Shown here: positions 37,423-48,225 of the stretch, piece by piece
Numbering within the stretch: the first letter of the stretch is position 1
Layout of the letters: every line of letters begins with the position of its first letter
Origin: Candidatus Omnitrophota bacterium
GTDB taxonomy: Bacteria; Omnitrophota; Gorgyraeia; Zapsychrales; Zapsychraceae
DNA: 64,000 nucleotides
Assembly (NCBI GenBank): GCA_050250375.1
Contig: JBFWOS010000002.1
Span: 282,980-346,979 of the forward strand
Reading direction: 5' to 3'
Translations under genes and position numbers: made by a program
Notes under the pieces: generated by a model
The model's database searches: none
What the model saw: only the letters and a program-made list of their open reading frames with translations
What the model was told of the DNA's origin: nothing

Positions 37423-38847
37423 TTAAAACTGAAAATAAATAAATTGGGTGGTATCGAAGATCCCCCAGAATATGCTTAATAACAACAGAACATAATAGGC
37501 CGGCCAACGGAACCAAACGGGCCATTTCGATATCAATTTTCTCAGGCCGGTCCTTTCCTGGATTATTTGGACCGTTATTAATAACGCAATCAAGAATAGA
37601 TTGGTTATGATCGTACGGTTATTGACATGATAGAGTGGAATTTCAAAAAGGTTCTTTATCAGTAAACCCGCATCAGAGATTGAATTGGCCCTAAAAAAGA
37701 TCCAGGCAAAACACACCAGATTGAATGTGACCAGAATGCGGATTCCTTTCCCTAAACGTAATTCGGGTTTCAGAGAGTATTTATTTAGGAAATAGTCTTG
37801 AATATATTTTTTGAACCGGGAACTGAGCATATAAATGCCATGCAGAAAACCCTAGACAAAGAATGTCCAGTTCGCTCCGTGCCAGATTCCGCTCAACAAG
37901 AAGACGACCAGTATATTCCGGGCCCAAAGAAGAACCGGAACACGATTTCCGCCCAGCGGAAAATACAGGTATTCTTTAAACCAGGTGGATAAAGATATAT
38001 GCCAGCGTTTCCAGAACTCCGGGATTGACTGAGCCAGGTACGGTCTTTTGAAATTTTCCATGAGTTCATAACCCATCACCTGGGCACTCCCGATTGCGAT
38101 GTCGGAGTATCCGGAGAAATCACAATAGATCTGAAAGGCAAAAAAATAAGTCGCGATCAGAATGTAATAACCATGACCTCCCGCGGGGTTGTTGTAAACA
38201 TAATTAACAAAATAGGCCAGCCGGTCGGCGATTACTATTTTTTTAAATAATCCCCATAAAATGAGTTTGAGGCCATCTGTCACGCGCTGGTAATCGACAT
38301 GATTTTTTTTATAAAGCTGGGGCAGGAGATGGGTGGATCGTTCAATGGGGCCGGCAACCAGTTGCGGGAAAAAGGCGATATAAAGGGCAAAAAGGCCAAG
38401 ATGTTTTTCAGCCGGCCTCTTTCCGGAATAGACATCAATGGTGTAACTCAATGATTGAAACGTGTAGAAAGATATTCCGACCGGCAGAAGAACCTTAAAC
38501 GACGGGACATTATAAAAAATATTGAAATGGCTGAAAAGTTCCCGGAATGAAGCATTAAAGAAATTGTAGTATTTGAAGGCAAATAAGACGCCTAAATTGC
38601 AGATAATGCTGAGAGTAAGGAGATGTTTTGCGTGCGTCCTGTTTTTTGCTTCGGCCATGGATAGGCCGATGTAATAATCAATCAGCGTGGATAAGATGAT
38701 CAGGACGACATACTCCGGCTTCCAGCACATGTAAAAATAATAACTGCTCAGCAGCAGCCACGGCCAGCGGAAGCGAAAAGGAAGGACAAAATAGACGAAC
38801 GCCACAACCGGAAAGAAGAGCAGGAATTCAAATGAATTAAATAACAT
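37423..38847 (-). pseudogene. MBOAT family O-acyltransferase (AlgI/DltB-like) interrupted by one in-frame TAG (37852..37854) at the conserved Trp
   Basis: ORFs 37852..38847 and 37423..37830 are in the same frame. Read-through gives ...[22 protein letters not shown]...SGIWHGANWTFFV*GFLHGIYM. The intact paralog at the window's right edge has [11 protein letters not shown]. Confidence 0.6.
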
Positions 38848-39075
38848 AATCCGTTAATAAGGTTCGGAGCAATAGACTTCCGGGTTTTAAATAACAGGGC
38901 ATGCGGGTTTAATTGTTCTGGAATGAGTCATGGACACAATATTAACAAAAAATGATGCCAATGACAATATCAATATCCGTGTTTAAACGAATATAAATCT
39001 ATACAATTCCAGGATAAACTGATATCGTACTTATTAAAAATCATATCCTTGACGCTGGTTTTCAGTGAAGATTGA

Positions 39076-40626
39076 ATGGTAAACTTCGCAGACAAAATGA
39101 AGAATCGGGAAAAGATAATTCTAGGAATACTGGCCCTGGGCAGTCTTCTGATCCGTTTAATGCTGGTCAGTAAGGGGCCTTTCAGTCACGAATCGTTAAA
39201 TCTGGCTTTAAAAGCCGAAATAACCCTCGCGACTCACCAGCTTCAATTTATATACGGCACCGGATATCCTTTGATGATGCTGATCACCTCGGGATTTATT
39301 CTATTCGCAAAACTGTTTAATATTCAAGATCCGGTCCTGGCCTCAAATCTGCTGAGCGTAATTGGCAGCGCTTTCACTATTCCGGTGTTCTACATTCTTG
39401 TTAGGAAGATGTTCGATCAAACCACGGCCTTATTGAGTGCGGTCATGCTGTCGGTTTGTCCGATTTTCCTGGCGGTTTCTGTTTACGGATACGGCCATTC
39501 ATATGAACTTATTTTTTTATTCAGCGGTATGCTTTTTATTTTTCGGTTTCGAGATACACGCCGGACTTTAGATTTGATCCTAAGCGCCGTATGGCTTGGA
39601 TTGATGGGTGCGACCCGAATCCAGGATCTGATGCTGGCCATGCCGGCCGTATATTTTTTATTATTCGTCAGTGTCCGGCTTCCGAACGAGTTGTCGCACG
39701 ACCGGGAAAAGATCAGGATGGGAATAAAGAACCTTTTTATTTTTAGCGGAATCATCGTTCTGGTTATAGTCCTGTTTCACTGCCCGTACCTGCTGGGGAA
39801 AAATCGTCAGGCATATATCGAACAGTATTTGTCGTTTAAAAACGCCTCTTTTTCGGCCGAACATCAACAAAATTTTTTTCATTCGTTTCCATTTTATAAA
39901 CAATGGTTTATCCAGAGTTTTTCAGTGATCGGGGTTGTTGCTTTTTTACTGGGAATTCTCACGGTATTGTTTATCAACTGGCGAACGGGTGTTTTTTGCA
40001 TTTTATGGCTTATGGTGCCATTATTATTTTTCCTTAAGATCGACACGACCATACCCCGTTTGTTTGTGATCTTGCTTCCTCCGATGATTATGCTGATTTG
40101 TAATCTTTTCGCCCGGTATTTGAAAAAAGAAACGATATTGATGCGGGGCCTGAGTGCCGGAACGTTTCTGGTCGTCCTTTATTTGATGTTTATGGAAATT
40201 TATCCTGTGCTTAAATACCGGCACGAACACGCGCTGCTTCCGGAGTACGTCCAATGGGTCAAAAAGAATACCCCGGTGAATACACAGATGATACTTATGG
40301 ATGATTATTTGTTTTTTAAACATTATGGCCGGTTTGAGGTGTTGCCTCGGCCTGTGCCGGCGGGTGAAAAAACCAAGAAGCAAATGGAAGAATTTAAAAC
40401 AAAGATCGACCGGATGCTTGCTGCCAAAGTTCCCGTTTATACAACGGGAACGGGATTATACAGTTACAATCCCGGGAATGAATTTTCCAATTTTATGAAA
40501 ACGAATTATACCGTTGAGGAAGTCGGATCTTATTTGTACGAGGATTATCACAGCGGGGAACTGGTTAACGCCGTCTTTAAAAACCATCTGATACGCATTT
40601 CTTTTAAAACAGATCAAATGAACTGA
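39076..40626 (+). CDS. multi-pass membrane protein, putative GT-C (ArnT/PMT-like) glycosyltransferase
   Basis: About 11 TM helices in 400 aa, then a soluble C-terminal domain. No sharp motif. Confidence 0.3.
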   Translation: MVNFADKMKNREKIILGILALGSLLIRLMLVSKGPFSHESLNLALKAEITLATHQLQFIYGTGYPLMMLITSGFILFAKLFNIQDPVLASNLLSVIGSAFTIPVFYILVRKMFDQTTALLSAVMLSVCPIFLAVSVYGYGHSYELIFLFSGMLFIFRFRDTRRTLDLILSAVWLGLMGATRIQDLMLAMPAVYFLLFVSVRLPNELSHDREKIRMGIKNLFIFSGIIVLVIVLFHCPYLLGKNRQAYIEQYLSFKNASFSAEHQQNFFHSFPFYKQWFIQSFSVIGVVAFLLGILTVLFINWRTGVFCILWLMVPLLFFLKIDTTIPRLFVILLPPMIMLICNLFARYLKKETILMRGLSAGTFLVVLYLMFMEIYPVLKYRHEHALLPEYVQWVKKNTPVNTQMILMDDYLFFKHYGRFEVLPRPVPAGEKTKKQMEEFKTKIDRMLAAKVPVYTTGTGLYSYNPGNEFSNFMKTNYTVEEVGSYLYEDYHSGELVNAVFKNHLIRISFKTDQMN

Positions 40627-40696
40627 AGAATTCTCCCATCAGAAGGAATGATTAACAAAATCACTTCGTTTAATTTATACCGGACTGGACGTTGGA

Positions 40697-41926
40697 TTAT
40701 TCGGCCTTGACCTGAGGCGTCTGTTTTTTAGGGAGAAGGTCTTTTTCAGTCAAATACTGATAAATATATTCCGCCATCCGTTGATTTCCTAGGGCTGTGA
40801 AATGGTATTCAGGCGCGAACAAAGGAACAAAGGACGCGGCGTTCCGTTTGTCGTATAAAAATGGATCGGTTATATCAATGTAATTCCATTTTTTATTCTC
40901 GAAAACTTTAAGAAACGGCTGATAATTTTTCAACTGATGTTTCTGCAGCCGCATGAGGTCCCCGGTACTCGGGATGATCACAATGACGGGAATCGCGCCG
41001 TCTTCCAGGATGCTTTTATAAAATGTTTCGAGAATTGCCACAGATACCTGGAAGATTTCGGAATCGGGGTCGTACATCGATTCTTGAGTGAAGATGTTAT
41101 CTTTGGGATTTATATATTGGGCGAAGAGGAGTTTTATCAGCCGAACGACGGCCATCTTGTCGGCAAAGTGCGGAACAGTCTGGTTTTGGAAATAAAAATC
41201 TTCTTGTCCCAATTTTCTGAGAAGCTGGCGTTCCTGGGTCAGAAATTGATGATAATCTTCGACGGCAGGAAGCGGATTTCCGATCAATTGAAGCCGACCT
41301 CCGGTCAATTTGTATCGCGGTTTTGTTAGTACAAAATCCGATTGTGGCAGAAAAAACGGCCGGTACACGGATCCGTGCCGGGTTGGATCTTCCGACATAA
41401 ATCCGATCAGAACAACCTGCGGATGAAATTTTCGGCCTTCCTGCAGGTAACGCAACAGCGCCTGGTCTACCCCGTAACCGCTCACCCCGAAGTTAAGGGT
41501 TTCCAGCCTCGGGTCCAGGGCATTCAGATATTCCTGCCAGGTTTCGTTATTATGGACTTCATCCCCGTGCGTAAAAGAGTCTCCGAAGGAAAGGATTCGA
41601 ATCTTATTTTCTTCAGGCGTTAAGGGATAATTATGGTCCGCGCGGATTCCCTGCGAATTGGCGCGGTAAAGTTCGGTTGACCCGTTCGGTTTGACCGACC
41701 AGCCAAGTCCCGGATGGTGAGTAATATATTTTTCTTCCTGATGTAGAATCTTGAGGACAATTTTCTTTTGAGGCGAAGTCAATGTCAGCCGGACTTGAGG
41801 GGCATAGACCAGATTCTTCCGGGACGCAAGAAAAAACAATCCCAGGCTGGATACGGCTTCCACCAGGAACACGAAGATGGCAACCGTTAAGGTCATAAAC
41901 AAGAATTTTTTAGACATGGGGAACAT
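40697..41926 (-). CDS. membrane-anchored SGNH/GDSL-like hydrolase
   Basis: Signal anchor. Block I RILSFGDSFTHGDEV. Block III-like GVSGYGVDQ. Confidence 0.5.
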   Translation of the reverse strand: MFPMSKKFLFMTLTVAIFVFLVEAVSSLGLFFLASRKNLVYAPQVRLTLTSPQKKIVLKILHQEEKYITHHPGLGWSVKPNGSTELYRANSQGIRADHNYPLTPEENKIRILSFGDSFTHGDEVHNNETWQEYLNALDPRLETLNFGVSGYGVDQALLRYLQEGRKFHPQVVLIGFMSEDPTRHGSVYRPFFLPQSDFVLTKPRYKLTGGRLQLIGNPLPAVEDYHQFLTQERQLLRKLGQEDFYFQNQTVPHFADKMAVVRLIKLLFAQYINPKDNIFTQESMYDPDSEIFQVSVAILETFYKSILEDGAIPVIVIIPSTGDLMRLQKHQLKNYQPFLKVFENKKWNYIDITDPFLYDKRNAASFVPLFAPEYHFTALGNQRMAEYIYQYLTEKDLLPKKQTPQVKAE

Positions 41927-41946
41927 TTGTATGTTTAAATAAAAGA

Positions 41947-44532
41947 CTAGTCAGAAACAAAAATCAAGGACAGATAAAGACCCGCCGCAATCAGGATAAA
42001 CCAGCTGAATCCGAACATCATGGACATGTAGATGCTGACGGCGCTTCCTACCGTGCTCATATACCCGTTGAGGCCCCACGCCCATGGCACCAGATCATTG
42101 TTTTCCGCCGCGAGTTTTTTCAGTCCCTGCGGAAACATCATGCCCAGGCACATCCCCAGCGGCAATAGAATTAAGAAAGTGATGCCCAGTTTCAGGGCAA
42201 AACTGATTCCGAGAAAATGATTGAGGACGAAAGGCATCAGGAAAAAATAACCGACCAGTAATAAACTGCACATGACCGCTGATTTACGGATACTCAGAAT
42301 TCCTTTTTCAAACAGGCCATTGGACATATACGAACCGATTCCCGTTGAGGCCAACAGGCTGGCCAGGATCAGCGTGAAAGAATATATGGGATTGCCCAGA
42401 AAAAGAATAAATTTATTCATCATGGCGATTTCAATCAGGATAAACCCGACCCCCAAGATGGAGAAATAATATAGATAGGGAAGGGCGCTTTTGATCATTG
42501 TGATTTGCCGGGTCAGGATCAGCGGCAGGATAATCAGGACGAACGCCGCCAGGATTAAGAAAACGATGAACCAGAAAGTGTACAGGTTCAGCGAATACTG
42601 CTTGGTCGATTCCCGCTGGGCGATTTTATCCAGATTCATCCAGAAATCTTTGGAGAAAATGATCATCGGGTAAAACATGTTTTCGATGAACGGTTTGTCA
42701 TCGGAAGAAATGGTCAAATCGATTTTATTCAGCCGGCTCAGGTCTTTCATGGTCTGGTCGGTATTTCGCGAGCGGATTACGTCCGTGTATATGGTGTAAT
42801 CGGGATGGATATAATCTGGCGTGTAGATAATCTCCAGATCATGGCTCAGGGCGTTCTGAACGACGGTTTTCAGTTCTTGGGATGAGAATGGAGAATTCTT
42901 AAAGAAGATGATCTGGTTGTTTAAGGAGCTGTAAATGCCCTTGCTAAACAATTGCGTATAGATATCTGATTTGCGTTCCAAAATAAGAATATGTTCCGCA
43001 AAATTTTTGTGTCCGAGTTCTTCAAAGGCCTTTTTCATGACCGCCGCCAGCCGGAGTTTATTGGAATTGACAATACTGATCGTGCCGTTCGGTTTTAAAT
43101 GATTCATGACGCTTTTCATCGCTTCGGTGGTATATAGAAACCGCCCTGTATAGCCGGATGTACCCAGATAATTGGAAAATGACGCCCCGGCCCAGGAATA
43201 CACGATCGCATCATACGTTTGGGCGTTTGATTCCAGAAAGTTCCGTCCTTCCTGGATATGGATGTGGATATTGTCTTTGGCGAAAAATTGTTTTAAATGA
43301 AATTCCGGCAGACTGACGGCGGTGTTGACAATCAGCGGATTTAATTCAACCCCGGTGATATCCGTTTGTCCCCGGGAAAAGCTGTTGGCCTGGATCATGT
43401 CAATGCCGGCACCGACAAACATAATCAGCATATTCTGGGGAGTATTCAGCAAATAAGGCAATGAAACAGGAGTGAACGTATCGTGAATGTTGATGTTAAA
43501 CGGATTGTCCGCATCATAGGCGAACAAATGGGCATTTCCGCTGCCGCCATCAATGCTGAACATATGCCGGGTATGGTCTTCATTTCTCTTTTTATGCCGG
43601 ATCAACGACAGACGGGAATATTCGTTCCAGCTGTGCCAGAGTTCTTCCACGTCATCTTCCATTTTATAATCAAGGACCGACAAATGCGGGTTATGGTTAA
43701 ATTCAAGAAAGGATGTTTTTTTATTTAAATAAATCGTAAACGCGGACATCACCAGAATCAGGATGGTCAGGTATCTTGAATATTTTGCCTTTGGGGCATC
43801 TTTGAGGATGATCAGGGGCAGGAGGGCAGACAAAAAACACATCACCAGCGGGATTGAACTGAACTGGACATATTTGATCATGACATTGCCGAGTATGCAT
43901 CCCGTCGAGGCGCCCAGCAAATCAAACAGGTATATCTTGGGTGCTTGTTGTGAATGCATTTTGTACAAATAGGACATGGCCGCCCCCAGAAAGAAAAAAC
44001 AGATCGAGATGAAAAGTCCGTAATAAAGTGAGTTCAGGATAATATCAACCAGGATAAAATCCAGCAACTGCGAAAAGCCAACGGTGCTGGTGGTCGTGCT
44101 GAAAAAATTGCTTTTTTGCCCCCCGAAGTATCTTGAAATCTTGACGCCGTACAGGGCGTAGAAGAGCAGGGACAGGTTAAACGCATGGAACAGGCCGGCC
44201 AGATAGACCGGGGACATGCGGTTTTGTTTTTTATTGAAATAGATAAATGTAAACACTCCGGCGGAACTTAACCCCAGGAAGGCGAACGATATCGCGTAGA
44301 AAGGCAGTTGGACCAGAAAACGCAGCAAGGAGGACAGATAAATCTGCAAAGACAGAATAAAAAAACTTAAACTGAATATGAGAATATACACGGACCGTCC
44401 CGAATGTGATTTCATATTGAGAAATTCTAACAGAAAGCGGATATTGAAACAACTGATTTTACCCTTTGGTCGAGAGTCAGCCATTTGGTTTTTTATCATC
44501 GTCCGGATCAATTGCAGATATGGTATTGACAA
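41947..44532 (-). CDS. large membrane protein with a central spermidine-synthase-like (SpeE-fold) domain
   Basis: 861 aa with about 14 TM helices. Central LIMFVGAGIDMIQ...GVELNPLIV...QEGRNFLESNAQTYDAIVYS matches the aminopropyl/methyltransferase fold. Confidence 0.4.
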   Translation of the reverse strand: MSIPYLQLIRTMIKNQMADSRPKGKISCFNIRFLLEFLNMKSHSGRSVYILIFSLSFFILSLQIYLSSLLRFLVQLPFYAISFAFLGLSSAGVFTFIYFNKKQNRMSPVYLAGLFHAFNLSLLFYALYGVKISRYFGGQKSNFFSTTTSTVGFSQLLDFILVDIILNSLYYGLFISICFFFLGAAMSYLYKMHSQQAPKIYLFDLLGASTGCILGNVMIKYVQFSSIPLVMCFLSALLPLIILKDAPKAKYSRYLTILILVMSAFTIYLNKKTSFLEFNHNPHLSVLDYKMEDDVEELWHSWNEYSRLSLIRHKKRNEDHTRHMFSIDGGSGNAHLFAYDADNPFNINIHDTFTPVSLPYLLNTPQNMLIMFVGAGIDMIQANSFSRGQTDITGVELNPLIVNTAVSLPEFHLKQFFAKDNIHIHIQEGRNFLESNAQTYDAIVYSWAGASFSNYLGTSGYTGRFLYTTEAMKSVMNHLKPNGTISIVNSNKLRLAAVMKKAFEELGHKNFAEHILILERKSDIYTQLFSKGIYSSLNNQIIFFKNSPFSSQELKTVVQNALSHDLEIIYTPDYIHPDYTIYTDVIRSRNTDQTMKDLSRLNKIDLTISSDDKPFIENMFYPMIIFSKDFWMNLDKIAQRESTKQYSLNLYTFWFIVFLILAAFVLIILPLILTRQITMIKSALPYLYYFSILGVGFILIEIAMMNKFILFLGNPIYSFTLILASLLASTGIGSYMSNGLFEKGILSIRKSAVMCSLLLVGYFFLMPFVLNHFLGISFALKLGITFLILLPLGMCLGMMFPQGLKKLAAENNDLVPWAWGLNGYMSTVGSAVSIYMSMMFGFSWFILIAAGLYLSLIFVSD

Positions 44533-44584
44533 GGAAAAGGCCGGATTGTAACATAAGTTTTGAATTAAATCCCGAAGGAATCGT

Positions 44585-45496
44585 ATGCCGTTAAAAATCG
44601 CTATTTCCGGTTCGACCGGTCTGGTCGGGACCGCGGTTTCCGGTCATTTTAAAGCCCAGAATGCCGAGATCATCCCGGTTGTCCGGTCTGTCAGCCAGGC
44701 CTCTTCGGCCGCCAAAACAATTGTCATGGACATCAAACACCAGACGATTGACACCAAAGGGCTGGAAGGCCTGGACGCGGTCATCCATCTGGCCGGCGCG
44801 AATATTGCCGGTCAACGCTGGGATGACGCATACAAAACCGAGATTTTATTGAGCCGGGTGGAGAGCACCAAACTGATTTCAAACGCCCTGGCCAGGGTCG
44901 AGGAGCCGCCCAAGGTATTTATCTGCGCGTCGGCGATCGGCTGGTACGGTAACGGCGGAGCAGACAAGGAGTTTGTTGAGTCGGATCTGCCGGCCATGGA
45001 TTTTTTAGGTGATGTCTGCCATCAGTGGGAGACGGCCACCCAAACCGCCCGGGAACGGGGGATACGGGTCGTCACCCTGCGTATCGGCGCGGTACTCAGC
45101 AGAAAAGGCGGGGCGGTCGAAAAGATGTGGGTACCGTTCAGCCTGGGTTTAGGCGGAAGGCTCGGTGACGGAAAACAGATGTTCAGCTGGATCGCGCTGG
45201 ATGAGATTCCATTAATCATTGATTTTATTATCCGTAACGAACTGATCCTGGGGCCGGTCAATGTGACGGCGCCTAACCCGGTCACCAACGCGGAATTTAC
45301 CAGGGTGTTCGGCAAGGTGATCAAACGTCCGGTGATTTTTCCGGTTCCGGCGTTCGGGGCGCGGCTGATGTTCGGGGAGATGGCGGACGCGCTTCTTCTC
45401 AACGGGGCCAGGGTCGTTCCGAAGAAATTGACGGACGCCGGTTACAAATTTAAATATGATCAAGTGGAAGCCGCGTTAAGGGCCAGCCTGAAATAA
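44585..45496 (+). CDS. TIGR01777/YfcH family NAD-dependent epimerase (SDR39U1, DUF1731 C-terminal domain)
   Basis: IAISGSTGLVGTAV Rossmann. Length and C-terminal pattern fit the YfcH family. Confidence 0.65.
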   Translation: MPLKIAISGSTGLVGTAVSGHFKAQNAEIIPVVRSVSQASSAAKTIVMDIKHQTIDTKGLEGLDAVIHLAGANIAGQRWDDAYKTEILLSRVESTKLISNALARVEEPPKVFICASAIGWYGNGGADKEFVESDLPAMDFLGDVCHQWETATQTARERGIRVVTLRIGAVLSRKGGAVEKMWVPFSLGLGGRLGDGKQMFSWIALDEIPLIIDFIIRNELILGPVNVTAPNPVTNAEFTRVFGKVIKRPVIFPVPAFGARLMFGEMADALLLNGARVVPKKLTDAGYKFKYDQVEAALRASLK

Positions 45497-45517
45497 TTTA
45501 TAGTTCCCCCATTTTTT

Positions 45518-45832
45518 GTGTTCAGGTATATAATGATCGATGACGTAACAACCCATGTGCATGTTTTGACGGTCCGGCTGCATATCCCGCAGGCCCGGTC
45601 CTTAAAAGACAAACGGATGGTCGTCAAGAGCCTCAAGGCGCAGATCCGTAACAAATTTAATGTGTCCATCGCTGAACTGGATGCGCTGGACAAGTGGCAG
45701 GTCGCCATCCTCGGGGTTGCGATGATCGGCAATGAAAACCGGCTTTTGCATTCAACAGCCCAGAATATAATCTCGTTTATCGAACGGTTCGGCCTCGCCG
45801 ATCTTTGTGAAACCAACATACAGGAATACTGA
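45518..45832 (+). CDS. DUF503 (YlxP-like) protein
   Basis: 104 aa. VRLHIPQARSLKDKRMVVKSLKAQIRNKFNVS fits DUF503. Confidence 0.55.
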   Translation: MFRYIMIDDVTTHVHVLTVRLHIPQARSLKDKRMVVKSLKAQIRNKFNVSIAELDALDKWQVAILGVAMIGNENRLLHSTAQNIISFIERFGLADLCETNIQEY

Positions 45833-45834
45833 GC

Positions 45835-47508
45835 ATGTCTTATTTAGTTTTAGCCCGCAAACACCGCCCCCAGACATTCAAGGATGTCATCGGACAGGAA
45901 CATATAACGGATTTGTTGGTGAAGGGGATTGGGTCCGGCCGGATCGCGCATGCCTATCTGTTCAGCGGTCCGCGCGGGATCGGCAAGACCACCTGCGCGC
46001 GCATCCTGGCCATGTGCCTGAACTGTGAAGGCGGACCGCTGTCGACCCCTCCGCCGGACAGCCCGATTTGCCGGGAGATCGCCGAAGGGCGCAGCTTTGA
46101 TGTGCTCGAGATCGATGGTGCCTCCAACCGCGGGATTGATGAGGTCAGGGCCTTACGGGAAAACGTCAAGTTCGCCCCGGCCCAGGGCCGTTACAAGATT
46201 TATATTGTGGACGAGGTCCACATGCTGACCACCGAGGCGTTCAACGCGCTGTTAAAGACGCTGGAAGAGCCGCCTGAACACGCCAAATTTATTTTTGCCA
46301 CCACCGAACCGAACAAAGTCCCCCCGACGATTATCTCCCGCTGCCAGCGGTTTGATTTCAAACGCATCCCGGTCAACATGATTGTTGCCGGCCTGAAAGA
46401 AGTCAGCCGCAAGGAAAAATATAATATTGACGAGAACGCCTTGTTTTCAATCGCCAAGGCCGCGCAGGGCAGCCTGCGCGACGCGTTGAGTATTCTCGAT
46501 CAGCTGAGCGCGCTGGGCAATGACGGGATCAGGGAAGAGGATGTCTATTCGATGCTCGGGCTGGTGGAGGTCCAGTGGCTGTTTGATCTGGTGGATGAGG
46601 TTGCCGCGAAGAACTGCGCCAACGCGTTAAGGATTTTGGATGAGATCATCAACAAGGGAAAAGACGTCAAACAGCTGGTCAAGGACCTCACGGAACATTT
46701 CCGGAATCTGCTGGTGATTAACATCGGCGGGAAGACGTTGGGGAAACTCGTGGATTATCCGGTGAATGTCAAAGAAATGATCCTGGAACAGTCGCAGCGT
46801 TTTACATTGCAGGAGATCCTGGAAGCGATCGACACGCTGATCGAGACCCAGGAGACATCCAGGATAACAGAATCTGTCCGCATGCCGCTTGAGGTCGCGC
46901 TGGCCAAATTGACTTACAGCGGATCGGCGGCGGTAACACCGGCGCGTAAAAATGACGCGCCTGTCCAGAACAAACCGTCCGTCAGGCCGGAAACCAGGAC
47001 AGAGCCCAAGCCGCATGTCAATCCGGCCCAGGTTTTAAAGAGCAACAAAGGCAGTATGGATTTCAGCATCAAACCCTCCCTGGGCGTTCCGGACGAGCCG
47101 GCAGCCGCTGAAGAGGCGTTGACCGAACCGGCCCCGGCGGTGTTAAACACGCTTTCGCCGGAGAAGGATTTGGACCATATCCAGAAAGTCTGGGACATTC
47201 TGACATCGGCGGTGAGTAAAGAAAAGATGTCGGTGGCCACCTATCTGCAGGAAGGCATGCCGTCCAGGATCAGCGGGGATGTTTTGTTCATCGGTTTTCC
47301 GCCGCACTGCGGATTCCAAAAGGAAGTCCTGGAAGGCAAAGACAATACCCTGCTGATTGAACGGATTTTCAGCGACCGGCTCAAAGCAAAGGTCGTCGTC
47401 CGTTTTGAATTTATTGAAGTGATCAAAGAGGCCGCGGTCGACCCGAAGGTTCAATCGGCGCTCGACGCGTTCAACGGGAAGGTCGTTAACCGCTGGCATA
47501 ATGAATAG
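45835..47508 (+). CDS. dnaX: DNA polymerase III subunits gamma/tau
   Basis: ARKHRPQTFKDVIGQEH. Walker A GPRGIGKTT. Zinc module CLNC. DEVHML. SRC sensor. Confidence 0.9.
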   Translation: MSYLVLARKHRPQTFKDVIGQEHITDLLVKGIGSGRIAHAYLFSGPRGIGKTTCARILAMCLNCEGGPLSTPPPDSPICREIAEGRSFDVLEIDGASNRGIDEVRALRENVKFAPAQGRYKIYIVDEVHMLTTEAFNALLKTLEEPPEHAKFIFATTEPNKVPPTIISRCQRFDFKRIPVNMIVAGLKEVSRKEKYNIDENALFSIAKAAQGSLRDALSILDQLSALGNDGIREEDVYSMLGLVEVQWLFDLVDEVAAKNCANALRILDEIINKGKDVKQLVKDLTEHFRNLLVINIGGKTLGKLVDYPVNVKEMILEQSQRFTLQEILEAIDTLIETQETSRITESVRMPLEVALAKLTYSGSAAVTPARKNDAPVQNKPSVRPETRTEPKPHVNPAQVLKSNKGSMDFSIKPSLGVPDEPAAAEEALTEPAPAVLNTLSPEKDLDHIQKVWDILTSAVSKEKMSVATYLQEGMPSRISGDVLFIGFPPHCGFQKEVLEGKDNTLLIERIFSDRLKAKVVVRFEFIEVIKEAAVDPKVQSALDAFNGKVVNRWHNE

Positions 47509-47616
47509 AGTAAAGAATGAAGAAGAAAGTAGGAAGCAGGAGAAGAGAGAGAAATTTTTTTTTGATGAAACGGGTCATCACACAGATCACTCATCACGGA
47601 TCACGGATCACTAATT

Positions 47617-48216
47617 ATGTCCTATCCTAAACTATTGGAAAATTTAATCACCCAGCTGGCCAAGCTCCCCGGAGTCGGGCGTCGCAGCGCCGAGCGCATG
47701 GCCTTCTGGTTCCTTGACCAGGATAAAGAAGCGGTCGAGCAGTTCGCACATGACATGCTTCAATTGAAAGAAGGCCTGAAATGCTGTTCCCGCTGCAATC
47801 ATCTGAGCGACCATGAGACCTGTTCCATCTGCCTGGATCCGTCCCGCGACCGGAAGACTGTCTGCGTGGTGGAAGATCCCAAAGACGTGATCGCGATCGA
47901 AAAATCCGGTTCTTTCCGAGGGGTTTATCATGTCCTGCTGGGAACGATATCTCCCAGCGACGGACGCGGTCCGGAAGATTTAAAGATCCAGCATCTGATG
48001 GACCGCCTGGCCGCCGAAGGGATCATGGAGGTGGTCATCGCCACCGACCCGGACAATGACGGCGAGATGACCGCGCTGTATTTGCTCAAGCAGCTCAAGC
48101 CGACCGGTGTTCGCATCAGCCGGATCGGGTTTGGAATCCCGGTCGGAGGTTCCCTGGAGTTTGCCGATATTTCAACGTTAAGTATGTCCCTGTCCGCGCG
48201 GCGGGTGTTTGAATAG
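47617..48216 (+). CDS. recR: recombination protein RecR
   Basis: HhH KLPGVGRRSAERMAFW. C4 zinc finger CSRCNHL...CSIC. Toprim domain. Confidence 0.9.
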   Translation: MSYPKLLENLITQLAKLPGVGRRSAERMAFWFLDQDKEAVEQFAHDMLQLKEGLKCCSRCNHLSDHETCSICLDPSRDRKTVCVVEDPKDVIAIEKSGSFRGVYHVLLGTISPSDGRGPEDLKIQHLMDRLAAEGIMEVVIATDPDNDGEMTALYLLKQLKPTGVRISRIGFGIPVGGSLEFADISTLSMSLSARRVFE

Positions 48217-48225
48217 GAGGTCATC

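Noticed and set aside
37852-37854. TAG as a reassigned sense codon (an alternative genetic code)
   Set aside because: Other genes in the window, for example tex, terminate at TAG at the expected C-termini, and TGA is also used as stop. This is a single event, so nonsense mutation or sequencing error is more parsimonious.
47509-47616. Purine-rich run and tandem GGATCAC x2 between dnaX and recR
   Set aside because: Too short and degenerate to call a repeat element. It is probably an ordinary intergenic spacer with an RBS.
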